DNA from: Epithemia pelagica
Taxonomy: Eukaryota > Protista > Bacillariophyta
Direction: 5' to 3'
Assembly (NCBI GenBank): GCA_946965045.2
Contig: OX337234.1
Location: 3,658,001 to 3,722,000, forward strand
Length of the DNA stretch: 64,000 nt
Under the pieces are notes generated by a model. It was not told the DNA's origin, searched no databases, and saw nothing but the letters and a program-made list of their open reading frames with translations. A program made the position numbers and the translations under genes. Positions 56,201 to 64,000 of this stretch are shown here, piece by piece. Positions within the stretch are counted from its first letter, which is position 1; the number at the start of each line of letters is the position of its first letter.

Positions 56201-57822
56201 TCTTTTGTCATGGATGAGAATGACGAGGGATCACCACCAATTCCATCCCCCATGTCGAAACCAACGCCAAAGACATTACTGGTCCCCTCTACTGCAGATG
56301 TTCTGTCGTTGTTGGTATTGTTCCGTGCTGTCGTCGAAGTGGTGGTAGATGGGAAATTGGTCGTGACACGAGACGTCGTGTTGCTGGCCAATGTTGTTGC
56401 ATCGTCCGTCACTTCAAAGGTACCCTCTTCATCTTGTTCGAGTTCATCAAACAAGACAGTGCAGGAATCACACAGGTATCGGGCGGTCAGGTTGCATTGC
56501 AACACACCAAACGTCCCATCATAGGGCACCAACAGGGAACAACACGGAAACATCTCATTGCGTTCCCTGTCGCAGTCCAGCTCGACAGTGGTAAGAACAC
56601 GCTGAAACGAACGGTCACAACCGCCCAGGACTTGCATGTACGTGGAATGAAACAAGTCTTGCATCCAGGCACCTTCGTCCCAGTAAAGGGGGCGGAAGTC
56701 GCCTTGTTGGGAATGTAACAAGAAATCCACGGTAAATTCGCCCGTTTGATCCGTTTTGTCCGTGACAGTGGCACACTCATAAAAAGGTGTTGTTGTTACC
56801 ACTGCGGGAGGTTGTTCGACCACATACATGGCACCCGCTATAACCGATGCGGTAGCCACGGCTGCCACAGCTGTCGCACTCATCGCGACTCCCGTCGTGG
56901 TAACCGCAGTGGTGGCAGCCGCGGCCGATGCGGCAGCGACACTTGCCGAGGTACTCGCTGAGAGATTGGGGCGTAAATCCAACCACAATAGAATGCAACA
57001 AACTGTGAGCTACAACACGGCCCGTCCCAACGCCACACACACAAACAAACGTACCGGCGGCTGCCGATCCAGCCGCATTATTGGCGGCCGCCACAGCCAT
57101 TTGTTGAAGGGCGACTTGCATTCTAGTACCAAAGACAACAGCAGAAAGCAGATCAACCCAAACAAACTGTGAGTCACGCAATGTATTCTCCAAAGAACTC
57201 TTCTCGCCAAAAATGACAACACGGTAGATGTCCTCAAGTTATTTGGAATGTGCAAGTCGATCAAGAGCGTGTTTAGTGCTCACACATAGAACCAGAAAAG
57301 GAGGCAACACCACAAAAACAGCCACACCACGTTCCATGGCATGGAGTATACTTACTGAGATGAGGACGTTGTTGATGCCGCCACACTGGTACTACTTTGC
57401 GTCGTTGTTGTGGTCGTTTCCTGAATCATGCCGGCGGCGACAATCCCATCGTCTTCGTCCACCACCGCATTGTTGTTGTTATCACGACTGAGTTTGCCGA
57501 GCATGGTACCCAAGGTCATGGTAGTAGGGGCCAAGACACCCCACAAGTGTCGCGACCGTGCTTCTTCTTTGTCTTGCGCCATCCGTTGGGATCGTTGTTT
57601 CATGCTGTCGACGGAATCATTGTCATTGTCTACCTGTCGTAAGGACAAGGAAAAGGGGGAACACTCCTCCGTTTTGGCTTCTTCTTCTTCTTCTTCGTCG
57701 TCGTCGTCGTCCTCCTCCTCTTCCTCATGGATTCGAGCCAAGGCACTGGAAAACCCCAAACCGGACAGACTGTCGACAAAGGAGGAGGAAGAATCGTCCT
57801 GCATCCAAGACTGTGATTTCAT
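53221..57822 (-). CDS. Large spliced Pro/Ser-repeat (mucin-like) membrane/surface protein
   Basis: Predicted exons 57822..57356 (donor GTAAGT, intron 57355..57123), 57122..57055 (intron 57054..56958), then 56957 onward; splice phases are consistent. ORFs 55993..56988 and 53221..55950 share a frame but are separated by TGA and TAG (possible intron ~56073..55987). About 750 aa of PSxxPS repeats. Confidence 0.6.
53800..54175 (-). repeat. Three ~108-120-bp coding repeats (PTTEPSLLPSSNPTMEPSLVPSTPPSFILSADPSQSPSDQP-like)
   Basis: Near-identical blocks gacttggttctgtcgtggga...cggctccat...ggtggtgttga...tcactgggagactgcgaa. Confidence 0.85.
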
Positions 57823-58388
57823 GACAGACTGACCGAGTCAAAGAAGAAGACGAAATGGATACCGAAACGAGGGATTGGATCGATCCGCAGGAACTATGCG
57901 ATGGCCCCCTGTCCTCCTGGTGTTCCTGTGTTTGCTGCCAAAATTTTGAGTTTTTGGCCAAGTCCGACTTTGGAGAAGAGGAATCTTGGCAATTCATCGT
58001 TCGAGGCTCTCCAGGTTTTCTTGCATTGTATCTCCCTCCGCACCTAATTCGCCTACAGATTCGGTTCATAGTTCACACTTTGGGAGAACGGTACCGAGAA
58101 CGTAGAAAACGGTGAGTTTCACTAGGCAGGATTGCCATGTGGATGTGGCACTTCGCACCTCTATTGATCGTGTTCTTGGGATCACTGGGGATGGACAGAG
58201 TTGAATTTTCGAACAATATGCCTGAATTCTTACTACCCGTCGGCACAGATGTGGCGCACTGAAAGAGTAGCTGATTCCCGTTCATGGACAGAAACCGTAG
58301 AGGACAATAGCTTGAAGTCGTGAAGATGACATTACTGAAACAGAAATAACATTGGCCGGGACGCGACATTTTCACACAAAAAGCACAC

Positions 58389-60318
58389 TTATTGAGGACA
58401 CTGCGTTCGTTGTTCGTGCGTGACTAGCACCAACTTGCGATATCGGAAAATCAAATGTCCAAAATGCTTGGGGTCTTCCAGTGATAGGGCTTTGGGAACG
58501 TGAACTTTTCTTTCCTGGAGGTCTTTGTGCACAGCTACGAATTCTCCATCCACAACAGTGTACTTCAATGGGTCGCGCTTGTCCACTTGCATATTTGTAT
58601 AGCTACATAAATGACACTTGCCATTTTGGTCCAACTGGCCACAGAGACTACTCCCACGAGCAATGCGACAAAAACGACAATGTTGAAGCTTGTTGTCGTC
58701 TTGGAACAAACAAATCCTGCAACGGTCGCAAAATAAAACATTCTGTCTCATGATACCGGCAATACCACATTTGGGACATTGATGGCTCATGTTTCCGTTG
58801 AGCTCGCTTTTGTGAATTGTACTCTGACAATCATTGAGCTTCTTATCCAAGAGGCACCAAGGAATACCCAGCTTGCACTTTTCAAAAAACAAATGCTCAG
58901 CTCCTCCCAACATGGCCGATGTGATGAACATCCAATCATACTCCGTCACCTGAGTATAATCCCACTCTCCATTCTCGGACAGCACGACCTCCATCTGGCG
59001 TAGGACAATGGTTCTTGCCATTTTTAGAATATCCCGAGACATTAGTTCATCAAAACCTTCCATCTGTTTCGCCAGATCGTAATAGGCAAATATCTCGTTC
59101 ATTGGTTTTGCTAGTTGGTCCACTTCCTTTGGACTGGTAAAACGGCGAAATGCTTCTTCAATACTGTCACTTTGCAGCTCCATGAATCCAGAATGTATGG
59201 ATCGTAATGGCCGCTTGGGACATATCATGCATTGTTCCCAATGCTTGCACATAATCCATTTTCGAATCTAGTCTTTTCGCAGAGGTCCTGAGTTGGTTCA
59301 CAATAAGCCACTCTTGAGTTGATGTTCCACCAACGCAATACGACAAGGCCGACAAAAAATGATCAAATCGATTCTCCTTTATACCTTCTTTGTACTCTTT
59401 CCTGTCTCGAATCATTTCATATGCCTTTTCATAGCGTTCTTCCTTACCGAAGGATCTCCACTGGCGACCATAATAGTCAGGTCCGAGTTTGTTTACCAGG
59501 GATTCTTCAATTTTGGTCTTGAACTCATCCAATGTCAAGTTAGACGCAACTCGGAAAATATAGGCTTTCTTTGCTGACAAGGGAATCACAACAGGCACAT
59601 TCCTGGCCATGCTCTCATAAACTGGCCTCACGGTATGTCCTACAATTTGGGAAAGCGATCCCACACGATCCGGTGTATCAAAGAGTTGTTCAATGGCTTG
59701 TGTTGTTTCATTAACGAGCACCTGCTGTTCCTCTTGAATGATCGGATCGTCAATCTTGTTGAGTAAAATGATGAGGGGAAGCCACTTGGATACCTGACGT
59801 TGAACCTTGGCGAACTCTAACACCTGAACCTGTTCTTCCGTATTGACGCCTTGCAGACCATCCACTACGACAACCACACAGTGAAACGAATGCCAGTTCT
59901 TGATGAGATAGTCCTTGTACTTGTGGCTTGTTCCAGCTTCATTGATTCCAGGTACATCAATCAACACGAGCTTCGTATCGTTTCGCATCTCAACCAGAGG
60001 TTCATCCAACGCAATTTCAAACGTCTGTTCTTGCAGTTCAGTGCTTTGACGAAGCACTGAGTTGTCTTGAGTGATTTGTTCTAGCGTATAGTTGGCCGAT
60101 CGAACGTCACCACCATGGTTCGCTCCTCCTGAGCCCTTTTTATCGATATTTTCTTGTTGCTTTGTGGATATGCGAAAGAGATTGATGCCAGCGGTGGTTC
60201 GTTTCATGGACACTTCACTGAACTTGTCTTTCAAAAGTGCGTTAAGCACTGTCGTCTTCCCGACCGATACGTTGCCAATGATGGCGACTCTGATTTCCAG
60301 ATCCGATGCGAGCTTCAT
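58389..60318 (-). pseudogene. Dynamin-like GTPase copy 6, single frameshift
   Basis: GNVSVGKT, DVPG, NKID in 59167..60318. A frameshift near 59210, shorter than the paralogs at this point (MSQAA/PLRSIHSGFMEL versus RAVGKQLVPIHSRFMEL), leads into 58389..59252 with CPKC, CDRC, CRFC, CHLC and DPKHFGHLIF. Confidence 0.82.
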
Positions 60319-60504
60319 GGTGTGATGATAGGTCGAGGGTTTGTAATTATGCTTTTTTTGTGTCTGATTTCAGTCAGGCCATCATCGAGGTCGCGGATAG
60401 AATCAGTCGTATCAAAACAGATTTTTCGGTGAAACGCAGTCCCGGATAAGTCCCGGATTATATGCTCTATTGTGATAAATGCGTGATTCCTTGCACCGTT
60501 AGAG

Positions 60505-60768
60505 TGTTGAGGATATGTGACCAGGCGACAAGCAGCAGCGAGCAGACGACGAGTAGCAGCGAGCAAGCAGCGACTCAAGAATGTGATTCGGAAGCAAAGG
60601 ATCCAAACTTGAATGAGGAAGATGCCGAAGCATGGACTTTAGTCCGTCGACGTGGCAAAAGCAACATTAGGCAAGATGAACAAGCAAGTGTTCATTCTAA
60701 GGAGATTCCGTAGTTCGATAAGCCTATAAAGAGTTGCTTTTACGGCACGGCTTGAGTGAGTTTCAACA
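60505..60768 (+). repeat. Putative 5' LTR (264 bp, TGTTGA...TCAACA)
   Basis: 6-bp inverted termini typical of copia LTRs, followed at once by a PBS-position motif. The 3' LTR is outside the window, so the ends are inferred. Candidate TSD TAGAG. Confidence 0.65.
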
Positions 60769-60769
60769 T

Positions 60770-60782
60770 AATCTCCTTAGAA
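60770..60782 (+). promoter_or_regulatory. Self-complementary primer-binding site (AATCTCCTTAGAA)
   Basis: Perfect 13-nt reverse complement of 60695..60707 inside the LTR; starts 1 nt after the terminal CA. Confidence 0.65.
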
Positions 60783-60829
60783 ATCGAAGCCTTATCTCAT
60801 ATCACAGACTGTGACGGGAACTACGGTAT

Positions 60830-61501
60830 ATGAGCGAGAGACTTGAAGCGCGTTGGCAAGATATATTGGCTCAATTGGCTCGGCTGACTCTCGAGGAACA
60901 AGAAGAGGTACACGCAATTGAAGAGCGCTTTCAACAAGAATACCGAAGAAGAGAAGCTCAACACCGTCAAACGGTGGCGGCACTTGAGCGTCAACGAGAA
61001 ACGGCTCGTGACAACGCATACGACGAGTGTGAGATTCGGAAGCAACTTGTGTTTGAAAAAGCTCAAGCAAAACGTGACAGCTTGTTGAGAGAAATCCAAT
61101 ACCTCGACGAGGACAAGACACCTGCCCCAGAACCCCGGTCAACTACACCGGATCCACCGCAACCATCAAGACAGGCAACGCCAGAACCAGAGGTAAAACA
61201 GATAGCTGGGCCAAGATCCCAAAACAGTACGCCTCAATCTCAAACAAGTCATCCAGTACAAGTAGCACAGCCTCCTTCAATCGCATCGCAAAGAAACAGC
61301 CCCATCAGGTGGATCCCAATTGGAACTAGAGTGTGGGTACTCAATTCCCTCAAGTTGAAGAATCAAACCTCCACCACCTATCTTGAAGGAGTCATATCGA
61401 GACACGGTAGTTTCTACCACTTCATACGCATTTGGAATCCCTCTACGGGGAAACACGAAGAACATCGTCGACACCGAGACAGCCTAGCTGTAATCGAATA
61501 A
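60830..61501 (+). CDS. Copia element extra ORF1 (coiled coil, Pro-rich linker, small beta-rich C-terminal domain)
   Basis: 223-aa ORF between the PBS and gag-pol; E/R/Q-rich helical N-terminus. Confidence 0.7.
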   Translation: MSERLEARWQDILAQLARLTLEEQEEVHAIEERFQQEYRRREAQHRQTVAALERQRETARDNAYDECEIRKQLVFEKAQAKRDSLLREIQYLDEDKTPAPEPRSTTPDPPQPSRQATPEPEVKQIAGPRSQNSTPQSQTSHPVQVAQPPSIASQRNSPIRWIPIGTRVWVLNSLKLKNQTSTTYLEGVISRHGSFYHFIRIWNPSTGKHEEHRRHRDSLAVIE

Positions 61502-61502
61502 G

Positions 61503-64000
61503 ATGTCGACTGGTGGAAACGGCCCTCGGCCGGATGGAGCAGAATCAAGTGGGGGACGAGGTAATCAAACGGGCGGTCGATCCAATGGAGGCAGAGGACG
61601 AGGAGGTCGTGGCAAAAACCAAGGCCAACAATCAAACACTCGCTTTCAGGGCCAAGAACCGTCGCTGAAAGATTGCGTGTTTGATTATAGTGAAGATCCC
61701 CAGTCCAAGCGGTACCTACGCAACGTTGAGTTGTTAGTGGGCTACGTGGGGACATCATTCGACTACTACAACCTAGAGTATCAAAAGGCACTGGAGAAAT
61801 TGGAACTTAAAGATCCAGAGAAAGCAAAGGTTCCAGATGATCCCACAGACCCCATTCAGATGGAAGAATGGAAAATGGAGTACAAGGCGAGAAAGGATCA
61901 AGTGAAGGCCTATCGCAACTTTCGCGCTTCCTTGTTCAGTGTCATTCTCGGGCAATGCACGCCCCTCATGAAGGACAAGTTGCAAGCCAAACCAGAATAT
62001 GAAGCGATCAACGATGAAAGGGACGGTGTAGCTCTACTCAAGTTGATCAAACAAACAACCTTCACGTTTGACTCCGGCCGAATCTACAAGCTGGTCGGTC
62101 GTGACAAGTTGAAGGAAGAGTTTTATGGCTTGAAACGCAGAAACAATCAAACCCTACACAGCTATTATGAAGTGTTTAGGGCAAAAGTGAAAGTTCTCAA
62201 TGAGGTCGGTGTGGTGTTGTATGACAAAGATCTCGTGGAGATGATTGCTAAGAAAAACGGAAGGGACCCTCCATCATCTATCGATCGTGACGAAGCACAA
62301 GAGAGATGTGTGGCAATCCGATTCATCCGAACATGTGGCCATCGCGAGTACGAGGCCCATTTGCAAAACATGTTTTTGGACGGCCACAAAGATGTGTACC
62401 CTGCCACTCTGGCGGATGCAAGGGCAATTCTTGATAACCGCATGACAGGTAAACAGAAGCAACCGAACCAAAACCAACAGACTCCGACTGAGAATGCCAC
62501 TGGCATGGCATACCATACACAAGAGTTGGATGACAGCAATGAAAGCCAAGCAGCGTCCACATTGACTGGTAACAGCCACATGACAACAAACTCACGACAA
62601 ACCCAGGGTCGCAATGGGAGTGGCAACAATAGCCGAGGAAGAGAACAAGGGAGTACAGGCAGCGGTCAATCACGAGGTCATGAATCAAATCAAACACAAA
62701 CCAACAATAATGGTGAATTGAATGAGACCAATGAATCAACCCGCCTTCAGGATACGCACCGTGACTCACTTCAATATTCTTTTTCTGCTTCTTCTTCACA
62801 GGCTAGCATATCCCCAGAATGGCTACTCCTCGACAACCAATCGACTGTAGACATCATCCGAGATCCCACCCTCCTCAAGAACATTCACACAGCCGAGCGC
62901 CCAATCATGATCCAAAGTCACGCTGGGCGACGTCAAATTTCCAAACAAGGCCTACTCCCCGGATATGGCATCGTCTGGCATGACCCGGAAGGGCCGGCCA
63001 ACATCATATCACTCAATAATGCACGCACAAGGTTCTCAATCAAGTATGACAGCGAGAACGGGAACACCTTCAATCTCTTCGACCGATCTTCAGGGCGACT
63101 CAAACACCAATTCCTGCCAAGTCAAGACGGTTTGTTCTATATGGATACGTCAAGAATGCAGAGTAGTTTCATCACTACGGTTAATGATAATGAATCTGCT
63201 TATTCTCAAGACGAAGTCTATAGAGCTAAACTGGCACGATCATTAATGGCCAAGATAGGTCGTCCATCCACACGTGATTTCGTACACATCATACGAAACA
63301 ATCTGTTGCCGAACACAACTATCACTGTGGACGACGTCAAGAGGGCCGAGAAAATATACGGACCAGACCTTGGGAGTCTCAAGGGCAAGACGACGCGTCG
63401 TAAATCTCCTGTGGTTGACTCGTCACAGACCGTGCCACCACGGATCAAAGAAGAACACAAGGATGTGACACTCACTGTTGATATTCTCCACGTCAACAAC
63501 ATTCCTTTCCTCGCAACGACGTCAAGGAAGTTGCATTTTGGGACTATGGAAGCAATGGCCAATACCACCGACGATGATGTCATGAACTCGTTGCGCAGAG
63601 TGGTTGCGATCTATCGCAGAGGTGGCTTGCGCCCGCGGATGTTGCTCGCGGACGGAGCCTTCTGTTCCGAAAAGATGAAGACAGAGTTGCAATTGATCGG
63701 TGTGTTGTTAAACCCTACCGCAAGAGATGAACATGTGGGAGACATTGAAAGGTACATACGTACAGTAAAAGAAAGAATGAGATGTGTTTATAACACCCTA
63801 CCATTCAAAGAAATCCCGAAGGTCATGATCATTGAGATGGCCAAATTCGCTACCTTCTGGCTAAATAGTTTTCCTCATCGGTTGGGGATTTCACAATCAG
63901 AAAGCCCACGACTGCTCGTCACGGGAGAACAGGTCGACTTCAACAAGCACTGTCGCTTCGAATTTGGACAGTACGTCCAATGCCATGAAGAGCATGACAA
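61503..64000 (+). CDS. Copia gag-pol polyprotein (partial; runs off the window)
   Basis: Manual translation from ATG 61503: gag (FQGQEPSLKDCVFD...ILGQCTPLMKDKL...YPATLADA), protease WLLLDNQSTVD, integrase TVDILHVN / LADGAF / EHVGDIERYIRTVKER. Confidence 0.9.
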   Translation, partial: MSTGGNGPRPDGAESSGGRGNQTGGRSNGGRGRGGRGKNQGQQSNTRFQGQEPSLKDCVFDYSEDPQSKRYLRNVELLVGYVGTSFDYYNLEYQKALEKLELKDPEKAKVPDDPTDPIQMEEWKMEYKARKDQVKAYRNFRASLFSVILGQCTPLMKDKLQAKPEYEAINDERDGVALLKLIKQTTFTFDSGRIYKLVGRDKLKEEFYGLKRRNNQTLHSYYEVFRAKVKVLNEVGVVLYDKDLVEMIAKKNGRDPPSSIDRDEAQERCVAIRFIRTCGHREYEAHLQNMFLDGHKDVYPATLADARAILDNRMTGKQKQPNQNQQTPTENATGMAYHTQELDDSNESQAASTLTGNSHMTTNSRQTQGRNGSGNNSRGREQGSTGSGQSRGHESNQTQTNNNGELNETNESTRLQDTHRDSLQYSFSASSSQASISPEWLLLDNQSTVDIIRDPTLLKNIHTAERPIMIQSHAGRRQISKQGLLPGYGIVWHDPEGPANIISLNNARTRFSIKYDSENGNTFNLFDRSSGRLKHQFLPSQDGLFYMDTSRMQSSFITTVNDNESAYSQDEVYRAKLARSLMAKIGRPSTRDFVHIIRNNLLPNTTITVDDVKRAEKIYGPDLGSLKGKTTRRKSPVVDSSQTVPPRIKEEHKDVTLTVDILHVNNIPFLATTSRKLHFGTMEAMANTTDDDVMNSLRRVVAIYRRGGLRPRMLLADGAFCSEKMKTELQLIGVLLNPTARDEHVGDIERYIRTVKERMRCVYNTLPFKEIPKVMIIEMAKFATFWLNSFPHRLGISQSESPRLLVTGEQVDFNKHCRFEFGQYVQCHEEHD

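Larger units (their letters stand above)
60505..64000 (+). mobile_element. Ty1/copia (CoDi-like) LTR retrotransposon, 5' part
   Basis: Putative 5' LTR, ORF1, and gag-protease-integrase in copia order; truncated by the window end. Confidence 0.9.

Noticed and set aside
60471-60504. Alternative LTR start at TGTGATA
   Set aside because: TGTTGA at 60505 matches the TCAACA end as an inverted repeat and is the better boundary.
1-64000. tRNA or rRNA genes
   Set aside because: No cloverleaf with A/B boxes and no rRNA signature recognised by eye; a tRNAscan-SE or barrnap run would be decisive.

Overview
Eukaryotic genomic window that looks diatom-like: short GT-AG introns, (P-S-x-x)n surface proteins, and CoDi-type copia, DIRS-like, Penelope and DDE_Tnp_4 elements. 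The dominant host feature is a minus-strand family of six dynamin-like GTPase genes, each ending in a variable CxxC zinc-ribbon module. Three are intact, two are broken and one is a 3' fragment. Other host genes are three CRAL-TRIO-like paralogs (two with an atypical bZIP tail, one cut by the window edge), an HVA22/REEP protein, a group-I truncated haemoglobin, a DXO/Rai1-like nuclease and two Pro/Ser-repeat proteins. About 30-50 kb is a transposon island. It holds a four-ORF PIF/Harbinger-type element with ~600-bp inverted arms carrying (CTGGACAA)n arrays, a decayed DIRS-like element, and an intact Penelope element with a hammerhead-like core and a nested TIR element. A Ty1/copia element starts at ~60.5 kb with a self-complementary PBS and runs off the window. 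No rRNA, tRNA or CRISPR array was recognised. Family names come from motif recognition by eye, not from database searches.
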